Assembly (NCBI GenBank): GCA_964016885.1 | Contig: CAXHJY010000096.1 | Span: forward strand, 1,612,001 to 1,676,000 | Source of the DNA: Eledone cirrhosa | Lineage: Eukaryota | Reading direction: 5' to 3' | Length of the DNA: 64,000 bases | Shown here: positions 39,821 through 53,900 of the stretch, piece by piece | Layout of the letters: every line of letters begins with the position of its first letter | Numbering within the stretch: position 1 is the stretch's first letter | Made by a program: the position numbers and the translations under genes | The notes under the pieces: generated by a model | What the model saw: the letters and a program-made list of their open reading frames with translations, nothing else | What the model was told of the DNA's origin: nothing | The model's database searches: none

Positions 39821-41469
39821 ATTTCCCGCCAGCCAAGGGAAGATAATATTCAAAAAAATCAGGCGGAGATAATTTGTAAAAAAAATCAGGGGGAGATAAT
39901 TTGTAAAAAAATCAGGGGGAGATAATTTGTAAAAAAAAAATCAGGGGGAGATAATTTGTAAAAAAAATCAGGGGGAGATAATTTGTAAAAAAAATCAGGG
40001 GTAGATAATTTGTAAAAAAAAATCAGGGGGAGATAATTTGTAAAAAAAAATCAGGGGGAGATAATTTGTAAAAAAAATGAAAGGGGAGATAATATCCAGC
40101 CGTCCAAGGGGAGATAATTTCCAGCCGTCCAAGGGGAGATAATTTCCATCCTTCCAAGGGGATATAATTTCCAGCCGTCCAAGGGGAGATAATTTCCATC
40201 CTTCCAAGGGGATATAATTTCCAGCCGTCCAAGGGGAGATAATTTTCAGCCGTCCAAGGAGAGGTAATTTCTAGCCGTCCAAGGAGAGATAATTTCCAGC
40301 CGTCCAAGGGGAGATAATTTCCAGCCGTCCAAGGGGAGATAATTTCCAGCCGTCCAAGGAGACATATTTTCCAGCCGTCCAAGGAGAGGTAATTCCTAGC
40401 CGTCCAAGGGGAGATAAATTCCAGCCTCCAAGGGGAGATAATTTCCAGCCAGCCAAGGGGAGATAATTTGTAAAAAAAATCAGGGGGAGATAATTTGTAA
40501 AAAAAATCAGGGGGAGATAATTTGTAAAAAAAAATCAGGGTTAGATAATTTGTAAAAAATAATCAGGGGGAGATAATTTGTAAAAAAAATCAAGGGGAGA
40601 TAATTTCCAGCCGTCCAAGGGGAGATAATTTTCAGCCGTCCAAGGGGAGATAATTTCCCGCCAGCCAAGGGAAGATAATATTTAAAAAAATTAGGCGGAG
40701 ATAATTTGTAAAAAAAATCAGGGGGAGATAATTTGTAAAAAAATCAGGGGGAGATAATTTGTAAAAAAAATCAGGGGGAGATAATTTGTAAAAAAAATCA
40801 GGGGGAGATAATTTGTAAAAAAAAATCAGGGGGAGATAATTTGTAAAAAAAATCAAGGGGAGATAATTTCCAGCCGTCCAAGGGAAGATAATTTCCAGCC
40901 CTCCAAGGGGCTATAATTTCCAGCGTCCAAGGGGAGATAATTTCCAGCCAGCGAAGGGGAGATAATTTTTTTTAAAAAATCATTGGGAGATTTGTAAAAA
41001 AAATCAGGGGGAGATAATTTGTAAAAAAAATCAAGGGGAGATAATTTCCAGCCGTCCAAGGGGAGGTAATATCTAGCCGTCCAAGGGGAGATAATTTCCA
41101 GCCGTCCAAGGGGAGATAATTTCCAGCCGTCCAAGGGTAGATAATATCCAGCCGTCCAAGGACATATTTTCCAGCCGTCCAAGGAGAGGTAATTTCTAGC
41201 CGTCCAAGGGGAGATAAATTCCAGCCTCCAAGGTGAGATAATTTCCAGCCAGCCAAGGGGAGATAATTTGTAAAAAAATCAGGGGGAGATAATTTGTAAA
41301 AAAAATCAGGGGGAGATAATTTGTAAAAAAAAATCAGGGGGAGATAATTTGTAAAAAAAAATCAGGGGGAGATAATTTGTAAAAAAAAATCAGGGGGAGA
41401 TAATTTGTAAAAAAATCAAGGGGAGATAATTTCCAGCCGTCCAAGGGGAGATAATTTTCAGCCGTCCAA

Positions 41470-44400
41470 GGGGAGATAATTTCCCGCCAGCCAAGGGAAG
41501 ATAATATTTGAAAAAATCAGGCGGAGATAATTTGTAAAAAAAATCAGGGGGAGATAATTTGTAAAAAAATCAGGGGGAGATAATTTGTAAAAAAAAAATC
41601 AGGGGGAGATAATTTGTAAAAAGAATCAGGGGGAGATAATTTGTAAAAAAAAATCAGGGGTAGATAAATTGTAAAAAAAAATCAGGGGGAGATAATTTGT
41701 AAAAAAAATCAGGGGGAGATAATTTGTAAAAAAAATGAAAGGGGAGATAATATCCAGCCGTCCAAGGGGAGATAATTTCCAGCCGTCCAAGGGGAGATAA
41801 TTTCCAGCCGTCCAAGGGGAGATAATTTCCATCCTTCCAAGGGGATATAATTTCCAGCCGTCCAAGGGGAGATAATTTCCCGCCAGCCAAGGGAAGATAA
41901 TTTTTAAAAAAATCAGGCGGAGATTGTAAAAAAAATCAGGGGGGAGATAATTTGTAAAAAAATCAGGGGGAGATAATTTGTAAAAAAAAATCAGGGGGAG
42001 ATAATTTGTAAAAAATAATCAGGGGGAGATAATTTGTAAAAAAAAATCAAGGGGAGATAATTTCCAGCCGTCCAAGGGGAGATAATTTCCCGCCAGCCAA
42101 GGGAAGATAATATTTAAAAAAATTAGGCGGAGATAATTTGTAAAAAAAATCAGGGGGAGATAATTTGTAAAAAAATCAGGGGGAGATAATTTGTAAAAAA
42201 AATCAGGGGGAGATAATTTGTAAAAAAATTCATGGGGAGATAATTTGTAAAAAAAAATCAGGGGTAGATAATTTGTAAAAAAAAATCAGGGGGAGATAAT
42301 TTGTAAAAAAAAATCAGGGGGAGATAATTTGTAAAAAAAATCAAGGGGAGATAATTTCCAGCCGTCCAAGGGGAGATAATTTTCAGCCGTCCAAGGAGAG
42401 GTAATTTCTAGCCGTCCAAGGGGAGATAATTTCCAGCCGTCCAAGGGGAGGTAATTTCCAGCCGTCCAAGGGGAGATAATTTAAAAAAAAAAATCAGGCG
42501 GAGATAATTTGTAAAAAAAATCAAGGGGAGATAATTTGCAGCCGTCCAAGGGGAGATAATTTTCAGTCGTCCAAGGAGAGGTAATTTCTAGCCGTCCAAG
42601 GGGAGATAATTGCCAGCCGTCCAAGGGGAGATAATTTCCAGCCGTCCAAGGGGAGATAATTTTTTTTTAAAAATCAGGCGGAGATAATTTGTAAAAAAAA
42701 TCAGGGGGAGATAATTTGTAAACAAAATCAGGGGGAGATAATTTGTAAAAAAAAATCAGGGGGAGATAATTTGTAAAAAAAATCATGGAGAGATAATTTC
42801 CAGCCGTCCAAGGTGAGATAATTTCCAGCCGTCCAAGGAGACATATTTTCCAGCCGCCCAAGGCGAGGTAATTTCTAGCCGTCCAAGGGGAGATAAATTC
42901 CAGCCTCCAAGGGGAGATAATTTCCAGCCAGCCAAGTGGAGATAATTTGTAAAAAAATCAGGGGGAGATAATTTGTAAAAAATATCAGGGAGATAATTTG
43001 TAAAAAAAAATCAGGGGGAGATAATTTGTAAAAAAAATCAGGGGGAGATAATTTGTAAAAAAAAATCAGGGGGAGATAATTTGTAAAAAAAATCAAGGGG
43101 AGATAATTTCCAGCCGTCCAAGGGGAGATAATTTTCAGCCGTCCAAGGGGAGATAATTTCCCGCCAGCCAAGGGAAGATAATATTTAAAAAAATCAGGCG
43201 GAGATAATTTGTAAAAAAAATCAGGGGGAGATAATTTGTAAAAAAATCAGGGGGAGATAATTTGTAAAAAAAAAATCAGGGGGAGATAATTTGTAAAAAA
43301 AATCAGGGGGAGATAATTTGTAAAAAAAATCAAGGGGAGATAATTTCCAGCCGTCCAAGGGGAGATAATTTTCAGCCGTCCAAGGGGAGATAATTTGTAA
43401 AAGAAATCAAGGGGAGATAATTTCCAGCCGTCCAAGGGGAGATAATTTCCCGCCAGCCAAGGGAAGATAATATTTAAAAAAATCAGGCGGAGATAATTTG
43501 TAAAAAAAATCAGGGGGAGATAATTTGTAAAAAAATCAGGGGGAGATAATTTGTAAAAAAAAAATCAGGGGGAGATAATTTGTAAAAAAAATCAGGGGGA
43601 GATAATTTGTAAAAAAAAATCAGGGGTAGATAAATTGTAAAAAAAAATCAGGGGGAGATAATTTGTAAAAAAAATCAGGGGGAGATAATTTGTAAAAAAA
43701 ATGAAAGGGGAGATAATATCCAGCCGTCCAAGGGGAGATAATTTCCAGCCGTCCAAGGGGAGATAATTTCCAGCCGTCCAAGGGGAGATAATTTCCATCC
43801 TTCCAAGGGGATATAATTTCCAGCCGTCCAAGGGGAGATAATTTCCCGCCAGCCAAGGGAAGATAATTTTTAAAAAAATCAGGCGGAGATTGTAAAAAAA
43901 ATCAGGGGGGAGATAATTTGTAAAAAAATCAGGGGGAGATAATTTGTAAAAAAAAATCAGGGGGAGATAATTTGTAAAAAATAATCAGGGGGAGATAATT
44001 TGTAAAAAAAAATCAAGGGGAGATAATTTCCAGCCGTCCAAGGGGAGATAATTTCCCGCCAGCCAAGGGAAGATAATATTTAAAAAAATTAGGCGGAGAT
44101 AATTTGTAAAAAAAATCAGGGGGAGATAATTTGTAAAAAAATCAGGGGGAGATAATTTGTAAAAAAAATCAGGGGGAGATAATTTGTAAAAAAAATCATG
44201 GGGAGATAATTTGTAAAAAAAAATCAGGGGTAGATAATTTGTAAAAAAAAATCAGGGGGAGATAATTTGTAAAAAAAAATCAGGGGGAGATAATTTGTAA
44301 AAAAATCAAGGGGAGATAATTTCCAGCCGTCCAAGGGGAGATAATTTTCAGCTGTCCAAGGAGAGGTAATTTCTAGCCGTCCAAGGGGAGATAATTTCCA

Positions 44401-44900
44401 GCCGTCCAAGGGGAGGTAATTTCCAGCCGTCCAAGGGGAGATAATTTTTAAAAAAAAATCAGGCGGAGATAATTTGTAAAAAAAATCAAGGGGAGATAAT
44501 TTGCAGCCGTCCAAGGGGAGATAATTTTCAGTCGTCCAAGGAGAGGTAATTTCTAGCCGTCCAAGGGGAGATAATTGCCAGCCGTCCAAGGGGAGATAAT
44601 TTCCAGCCGTCCAAGGGGAGATAATTTTTTTTAAAAAATCAGGCGGAGATAATTTGTAAAAAAAATCAGGGGGAGATAATTTGTAAACAAAATCAGGGGG
44701 AGATAATTTGTAAAAAAAAATCAGGGGGAGATAATTTGTAAAAAAAATCATGGAGAGATAATTTCCAGCCGTCCAAGGTGAGATAATTTCCAGCCGTCCA
44801 AGGAGACATATTTTCCAGCCGTCCAAGGCGAGGTAATTTCTAGCCGTCCAAGGGGAGATAAATTCCAGCCTCCAAGGGGAGATAATTCCCAGCCAGCCAA
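41470..44900 (+). repeat. Second occurrence of the 1,966-bp period duplication
   Basis: Offsets 41626/43592 and 41654/43620 equal 1966. The region matches 4645-8090 at an offset of about 36,826. Confidence 0.85.
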
Positions 44901-47900
44901 GTGGAGATAATTTGTAAAAAAAATCAGGGGGAGATAATTTGTAAAAAAAATCAGGGGGAGATAATTTGTAAAAAAAAATCAGGGGTAGATAATTTGTAAA
45001 AAAAAATCAGGGGGAGATAATTTGTAAAAAAAAATCAGGGGGAGATAATTTGTAAAAAAATGAAAGGGGAGATAATATCCAGCCGTCCAAGGGGAGATAA
45101 TTTCCAGCCGTCCAAGGGGATATAATTTCCAGCCGTCCAAGGGGAGATAATTTCCATCCTTCCAAGGGGATATAATTTCCAGCCGTCCAAGGGGAGATAA
45201 TTTCCCGCCAGCCAAGGGAAGATAATTTTTAAAAAAATCAGGCGGAGATTGTAAAAAAAATCAGGGGGGAGATAATTTGTAAAAAAATCAGGAGGAGATA
45301 ATTTGTAAAAAATAATCAGGGGGAGATAATTTGTAAAAAAATTCAAGGGGAGATAATTTCCAGCCGTCCAAGGGGAGATAATTTCCCGCCAGCCAAGGGA
45401 AGATAATATTTAAAAAAATTAGGCGGAGATAATTTGTAAAAAAAATCAGGGGGAGATAATTTGTAAAAAAATCAGGGGGAGATAATTTGTAAAAAAAATC
45501 AGGGGGAGATAATTTGTAAAAAAAATCATGGGGAGATAATTTGTAAAAAAAAATCAGGGGTAGATAATTTGTAAAAAAAAATCAGGGGGAGATAATTTGT
45601 AAAAAAAAATCAGGGGGAGATAATTTGTAAAAAAATCAAGGGGAGATAATTTCCAGCCGTCCAAGGGGAGATAATTTTCAGCTGTCCAAGGAGAGGTAAT
45701 TTCTAGCCGTCCAAGGGGAGATAATTTCCAGCCGTCCAAGGGGAGGTAATTTCCAGCCGTCTAAGGGGAGATAATTTTAAAAAAAAAATCAGGCGGAGAT
45801 AATTTGTAAAAAAAATCAAGGGGAGATAATTTGCAGCCGTCCAAGGGGAGATAATTTTCAGTCGTCCAAGGAGAGGTAATTTCTAGCCGTCCAAGAGGAG
45901 ATAATTGCCAGCCGTCCAAGGGGAGATAATTTCCAGCCGTCCAAGGGGAGATAATTTTTTTTAAAAAATCAGGCGGAGATAATTTGTAAAAAAAATCAGG
46001 GGGAGATAATTTGTAAAAAAAATCAGGGGGAGATAATTTGTAAAAAAAAATCAGGGGTAGATAATTTGTAAAAAAAAATCAGGGGGAGATAATTTGTAAA
46101 AAAAATCAAGGGGAGATAATTTCCAGCCGTCCAAGGGAAGATAATTTCCAGCCCTCCAAGGGGCTATAATTTCCAGCGTCCAAGGGGAGATAATTTCCAG
46201 CCAGCGAAGGGGAGATAATTTTTAAAAAAAAATCATTGGGAGATTTGTAAAAAAAATCAGGGGGAGATAATTTGTAAAAAAAATCAAGGGGAGATAATTT
46301 CCAGCCGTCCAAGGGGAGGTAATATCTAGCCGTCCAAGGGTAGATAATTTCCAGCCATCCAACGGGAGATAATTTCCAGCCGTCCAAGGGTAGATAATAT
46401 CCAGCCGCCCAAGGACATATTTTCCAGCCGTCCAAGGAGAGTTAATTTCTAGCCGTCCAAGGGGAGATAATTTCCAGCCTTCCAAGGGTAGATAATATCC
46501 AGCCGTCCAAGGACATATTTTCCAGCCGTCCAAGGAGAGGTAATTTCTAGCCGTCCAAGGGGAGATAAATTCCAGCCTCCAAGGGGAGATAATTTCCAGC
46601 CAGCCAAGGGGAGATAATTTGTAAAAAAATCAGGGGGAGATAATTTGTAAAAAAAATCAGGGGGAGATAATTTGTAAAAAAAAATCAGGGGGAGATAATT
46701 TGTAAAAAAAAATCAGGGGGAGATAATTTGTAAAAAAAAATCAGGGGGAGATAATTTGTAAAAAAAATCAAGGGGAGATAATTTCCAGCCGTCCAAGGAG
46801 AGATAATTTAAAAAAAAATCAGGCGGAGATAATTTGTAAAAAAAAATCAGGGGGAGATAATTTGTAAAAAAAAATCAGGGGGAGATAATTTGTAAAAAAA
46901 AATCAGGGGGAGATAATTTGTAAAAAAAATCAGGAGGAGATAATTTGTAAAAAAAATCAAGGGGAGATAATTTCCAGCCGTCCAAGGAGAGATAATTTAA
47001 AAAAAAATCAGGCGGAGATAATTTGTAAAAAAAAATCAGGGGGAGATAATTTGTAAAAAAAAATCAGGGGGAGATAATTTGTAAAAAAAATGAAGGGGAG
47101 ATAATTTCCAGCCGTCCAAGGGGAGATAATTTTCAGCCGTCCAAGGGGAGATAATTTCCCGCCAGCCAAGGGAAGATAATATTCAAAAAAATCAGGCGGA
47201 GATAATTTGTAAAAAAAATCAGGGGGAGATAATTTGTAAAAAAATCAGGGGGAGATAATTTGTAAAAAAAAAAATCAGGGGGAGATAATTTTTAAAAAAA
47301 ATCAGGGGGAGATAATTTGTAAAAAAAAATCAGGGGTAGATAATTTGTAAAAAAAAATCAGGGGGAGATAATTTGTAAAAAAAAATCAGGGGGAGATAAT
47401 TTGTAAAAAAAATGAAAGGGGAGATAATATCCAGCCGTCCAAGGGGAGATAATTTCCAGCCGTCCAAGGGGAGATAATTTCCAGCCGTCCAAGGGGAGAT
47501 AATTTCCATCCTTCCAAGGGGATATAATTTCCAGCCGTCCAAGGGGAGATAATTTCCATCCTTCCAAGGGGATATAATTTCCAGCCGTCCAAGGGGAGAT
47601 AATTTTCAGCCGTCCAAGGAGAGGTAATTTCTAGCCGTCCAAGGAGAGATAATTTCCAGCCGTCCAAGGGGAGATAATTTCCAGCCGTCCAAGGGGAGAT
47701 AATTTCCAGCCGTCCAAGGAGACATATTTTCCAGCCGTCCAAGGAGAGGTAATTCCTAGCCGTCCAAGGGGAGATAAATTCCAGCCTCCAAGGGGAGATA
47801 ATTTCCAGCCAGCCAAGGGGAGATAATTTGTAAAAAAAATCAGGGGGAGATAATTTGTAAAAAAAATCAGGGGGAGATAATTTGTAAAAAAAAATCAGGG

Positions 47901-50900
47901 GGAGATAATTTGTAAAAAATAATCAGGGGGAGATAATTTGTAAAAAAAATCAAGGGGAGATAATTTCCAGCCGTCCAAGGGGAGATAATTTTCAGCCGTC
48001 CAAGGGGAGATAATTTCCCGCCAGCCAAGGGAAGATAATATTTAAAAAAATTAGGCGGAGATAATTTGTAAAAAAAATCAGGGGGAGATAATTTGTAAAA
48101 AAATCAGGGGGAGATAATTTGTAAAAAAAATCAGGGGGAGATAATTTGTAAAAAAAATCAGGGGGAGATAATTTGTAAAAAAAAATCAGGGGGAGATAAT
48201 TTGTAAAAAAAATCAAGGGGAGATAATTTCCAGCCGTCCAAGGGAAGATAATTTCCAGCCCTCCAAGGGGCTATAATTTCCAGCGTCCAAGGGGAGATAA
48301 TTTCCAGCCAGCGAAGGGGAGATAATTTTTTTTAAAAAATCATTGGGAGATTTGTAAAAAAAATCAGGGGGAGATAATTTGTAAAAAAAATCAAGGGGAG
48401 ATAATTTCCAGCCGTCCAAGGGGAGGTAATATCTAGCCGTCCAAGGGGAGATAATTTCCAGCCGTCCAAGGGGAGATAATTTCCAGCCGTCCAAGGGTAG
48501 ATAATATCCAGCCGTCCAAGGACATATTTTCCAGCCGTCCAAGGAGAGGTAATTTCTAGCCGTCCAAGGGGAGATAAATTCCAGCCTCCAAGGTGAGATA
48601 ATTTCCAGCCAGCCAAGGGGAGATAATTTGTAAAAAAATCAGGGGGAGATAATTTGTAAAAAAAATCAGGGGGAGATAATTTGTAAAAAAAAATCAGGGG
48701 GAGATAATTTGTAAAAAAAATCAGGGGGAGATAATTTGTAAAAAAAAATCAGGGGGAGATAATTTGTAAAAAAAATCAAGGGGAGATAATTTCCAGCCGT
48801 CCAAGGGGAGATAATTTCCCGCCAGCCAAAGGAAGATAATATTTAAAAAAATCAGGCGGAGATAATTTGTAAAAAAAAATCAGGGGTAGATAAATTGTAA
48901 AAAAAAATCAGGGGGAGATAATTTGTAAAAAAAATCAGGGGGAGATAATTTGTAAAAAAAATGAAAGGGGAGATAATATCCAGCCGTCCAAGGGGAGATA
49001 ATTTCCAGCCGTCCAAGGGGAGATAATTTCCAGCCGTCCAAGAGGAGATAATTTCCATCCTTCCAAGGGGATATAATTTCCAGCCGTCCAAGGGGAGATA
49101 ATTTCCCGCCTGCCAAGGGAAGATAATTTTAAAAAAAATCAGGCGGAGATTGTAAAAAAAATCAGGGGGGAGATAATTTGTAAAAAAATCAGGGGGAGAT
49201 AATTTGTAAAAAAAAATCAGGGGGAGATAATTTGTAAAAAATAATCAGGGGGAGATAATTTGTAAAAAAAAATCAAGGGGAGATAATTTCCAGCCGTCCA
49301 AGGGGAGATAATTTCCCGCCAGCCAAGGGAAGATAATATTTAAAAAAATTAGGCGGAGATAATTTGTAAAAAAAATCAGGGGGAGATAATTTGTAAAAAA
49401 ATCAGGGGGAGATAATTTGTAAAAAAAATCAGGGGGAGATAATTTGTAAAAAAAATCATGGGGAGATAATTTGTAAAAAAAAATCAGGGGTAGATAATTT
49501 GTAAAAAAAAATCAGGGGGAGATAATTTGTAAAAAAAAATCAGGGGGAGATAATTTGTAAAAAAAATCAAGGGGAGATAATTTCCAGCCGTCCAAGGGGA
49601 GATAATTTTCAGCTGTCCAAGGAGAGGTAATTTCTAGCCGTCCAAGGGGAGATAATTTCCATCCTTCCAAGGGGATATAATTTCCAGCCGTCCAAGGGGA
49701 GATAATTTCCCGCCAGCCAAGGGAAGATAATTTTTAAAAAAATCAGGCGGAGATTGTAAAAAAAATCAGGGGGGAGATAATTTGTAAAAAAATCAGGAGG
49801 AGATAATTTGTAAAAAATAATCAGGGGGAGATAATTTGTAAAAAAATTCAAGGGGAGATAATTTCCAGCCGTCCAAGGGGAGATAATTTCCCGCCAGCCA
49901 AGGGAAGATAATATTTAAAAAAATTAGGCGGAGATAATTTGTAAAAAAAATCAGGGGGAGATAATTTGTAAAAAAATCAGGGGGAGATAATTTGTAAAAA
50001 AAATCAGGGGGAGATAATTTGTAAAAAAAATCATGGGGAGATAATTTGTAAAAAAAAATCAGGGGTAGATAATTTGTAAAAAAAAATCAGGGGGAGATAA
50101 TTTGTAAAAAAAAATCAGGGGGAGATAATTTGTAAAAAAAATCAAGGGGAGATAATATCCAGCCGTCCAAGGAGAGATAATTTTAAAAAAAAATGAGGCG
50201 GAGATAATTTGTAAAAAAAAAATCAGGGGGAGTTAATTTGTAAAAAAAAATGAGGGGGAGATAATTTGTAAAAAAAATCAAGGGGAGATAATTTCCAGCC
50301 GTCCAAGGGGAGATAATTTTCAGCCGTCCAAGGAGAGGTAATTTCTAGCCGTCCAAGGGGAGATAATTTCCAGCCGTCCAAGGGGAGGTAATTTCCAGCC
50401 GTCCAAGGGGAGATAAATTAAAAAAAAAATCAGGCGGAGATAATTTGTAAAAAAAATCAAGGGGAGATAATTTGCAGCCGTCCAATGGGAGATAATTTTC
50501 AGTCGTCCAAGGAGAGGTAATTTCTAGCCGTCCAAGGGGAGATAATTTCCAGCCGTCCAAGGGGAGATAATTTCCAGCCGTCCAAGGGGAGATAATTTTT
50601 TTTTAAAAATCAGGCGGAGATAATTTGTAAAAAAAATCAGGGGGAGATAATTTGTAAACAAAATCAGGGGGAGATAATTTGTAAAAAAAAATCAGGGGGA
50701 GATAATTTGTAAAAAAAATTAGGCGTAGATAATTTGTAAAAAAAAATCAGGGGGAGATAATTTGTAAAAAAAAATCAGGGGGAGATAATTTGTTTAAAAA
50801 TCAAGGGGAGATAATTTGCAGCCGTCCAAGGGGAGATAATTTTCAGCCGTCCAAGGAGAGGTAATTTCTAGCCGTTCAAGGGGAGATAATTTCCAGCCGT

Positions 50901-53900
50901 CCAAGGGGAGATAATTTCCAGCCGTCCAAGGGGAGATAATTTTTTTTAAAAAATCAGGCGGAGATAATTTGTAAAAAAAAATCAGGGGGAGATAATTCGT
51001 AAAAAAAAATCAGGGGGAGATAATTTGTAAAAAAAAATCAGGGGGAGATAATTTGTAAAAAAAATCAAGGGGAGATAATTTCCAGCCGTCCAAGGGGAGG
51101 TAATATCTAGCCGTCCAAGGGGAGATAATTTCCAGCCGTCCAAGGGGAGATAATTTCCAGCCGTCCAAGGGGAGATAATTTCCAGCCGTCCAAGGAGACA
51201 TATTTTCCAGCCGTCCAAGGCGAGGTAATTTCTAGCCGTCCAAGGGGAGATAAATTCCAGCCTCCAAGGGGAGATAATTTCCAGCCAGCCAAGGGGAGAT
51301 AATTTGTAAAAAAAATCATGGAGAGATAATTTCCAGCCGTCCAAGGTGAGATAATTTCCAGCCGTCCAAGGAGACATATTTTCCAGCCGTCCAAGGCGAG
51401 GTAATTTCTAGCCGTCCAAGGGGAGATAAATTCCAGCCTCCAAGGGGAGATAATTCCCAGCCAGCCAAGTGGAGATAATTTGTAAAAAAATCAGGGGGAG
51501 ATAATTTGTAAAAAATATCAGGGAGATAATTTGTAAAAAAAAATCAGGGGGAGATAATTTGTAAAAAAAATCAGGGGGAGATAATTTGTAAAAAAAAATC
51601 AGGGGGAGATAATTTGTAAAAAAAATCAAGGGGAGATAATTTCCAGCCGTCCAAGGGGAGATAATTTTCAGCCGTCCAAGGGGAGATAATTTCCCGCCAG
51701 CCATGGGAAGATAATATTTAAAAAAATCAGGCGGAGATAATATGTAAAAAAAATCAGGGGGAGATAATTTGTAAAAAAATCAGGGGGAGATAATTTGTAA
51801 AAAAAAAATCAGGGGGAGATAATTTGTAAAAAAAATCAGGGGGAGATAATTTGTAAAAAAAAATCAGGGGTAGATAATTTGTAAAAAAAAATCAGGGGGA
51901 GATAATTTGTAAAAAAAAATCAGGGGGAGATAATTTGTAAAAAAATGAAAGGGGAGATAATATCCAGCCGTCCAAGGGGAGATAATTTCCAGCCGTCCAA
52001 GGGGATATAATTTCCAGCCGTCCAAGGGGAGATAATTTCCATCCTTCCAAGGGGATATAATTTCCAGCCGTCCAAGGGGAGATAATTTCCCGCCAGCCAA
52101 GGGAAGATAATTTTTAAAAAAATCAGGCGGAGATTGTAAAAAAAATCAGGGGGGAGATAATTTGTAAAAAAATCAGGAGGAGATAATTTGTAAAAAATAA
52201 TCAGGGGGAGATAATTTGTAAAAAAATTCAAGGGGAGATAATTTCCAGCCGTCCAAGGGGAGATAATTTCCCGCCAGCCAAGGGAAGATAATATTTAAAA
52301 AAATTAGGCGGATAATTTGTAAAAAAAATCAGGGGGAGATAATTTGTAAAAAAATCAGGGGGAGATAATTTGTAAAAAAAATCAGGGGGAGATAATTTGT
52401 AAAAAAAATCATGGGGAGATAATTTGTAAAAAAAAATCAGGGGTAGATAATTTGTAAAAAAAAATCAGGGGGAGATAATTTGTAAAAAAAAATCAGGGGG
52501 AGATAATTTGTAAAAAAATCAAGGGGAGATAATTTCCAGCCGTCCAAGGGGAGATAATTTTCAGCTGTCCAAGGAGAGGTAATTTCTAGCCGTCCAAGGG
52601 GAGATAATTTCCAGCCGTCCAAGGGGAGGTAATTTCCAGCCGTCTAAGGGGAGATAATTTAAAAAAAAAAATCAGGCGGAGATAATTTGTAAAAAAAATC
52701 AAGGGGAGATAATTTGCAGCCGTCCAAGGGGAGATAATTTTCAGTCGTCCAAGGAGAGGTAATTTCTAGCCGTCCAAGAGGAGATAATTGCCAGCCGTCC
52801 AAGGGGAGATAATTTCCAGCCGTCCAAGGGGAGATAATTTTTTTTAAAAAATCAGGCGGAGATAATTTGTAAAAAAAATCAGGGGGAGATAATTTGTAAA
52901 AAAAATCAGGGGGAGATAATTTGTAAAAAAAAATCAGGGGTAGATAATTTGTAAAAAAAAATCAGGGGGAGATAATTTGTAAAAAAAATCAAGGGGAGAT
53001 AATTTCCAGCCGTCCAAGGGAAGATAATTTCCAGCCCTCCAAGGGGCTATAATTTCCAGCGTCCAAGGGGAGATAATTTCCAGCCAGCGAAGGGGAGATA
53101 ATTTTTAAAAAAAAATCATTGGGAGATTTGTAAAAAAAATCAGGGGGAGATAATTTGTAAAAAAAATCAAGGGGAGATAATTTCCAGCCGTCCAAGGGGA
53201 GGTAATATCTAGCCGTCCAAGGGTAGATAATTTCCAGCCGTCCAACGGGAGATAATTTCCAGCCGTCCAAGGGTAGATAATATCCAGCCGCCCAAGGACA
53301 TATTTTCCAGCCGTCCAAGGAGAGTTAATTTCTAGCCGTCCAAGGGGAGATAATTTCCAGCCTTCCAAGGGTAGATAATATCCAGCCGTCCAAGGACATA
53401 TTTTCCAGCCGTCCAAGGAGAGGTAATTTCTAGCCGTCCAAGGGGAGATAAATTCCAACCTCCAAGGGGAGATAATTTCCAGCCAGCCAAGGGGAGATAA
53501 TTTGTAAAAAAATCAGGGGGAGATAATTTGTAAAAAAAATCAGGGGGAGATAATTTGTAAAAAAAAATCAGGGGGAGATAATTTGTAAAAAAAAATCAGG
53601 GGGAGATAATTTGTAAAAAAAAATCAGGGGGAGATAATTTGTAAAAAAAATCAAGGGGAGATAATTTCCAGCCGTCCAAGGAGAGATAATTTTAAAAAAA
53701 ATCAGGCGGAGATAATTTGTAAAAAAAAATCAGGGGGAGATAATTTGTAAAAAAAAATCAGGGGGAGATAATTTGTAAAAAAAAATCAGGGGGAGATAAT
53801 TTGTAAAAAAAATCAGGAGGAGATAATTTGTAAAAAAAATCAAGGGGAGATAATTTCCAGCCGTCCAAGGAGAGATAATTTAAAAAAAAATCAGGCGGAG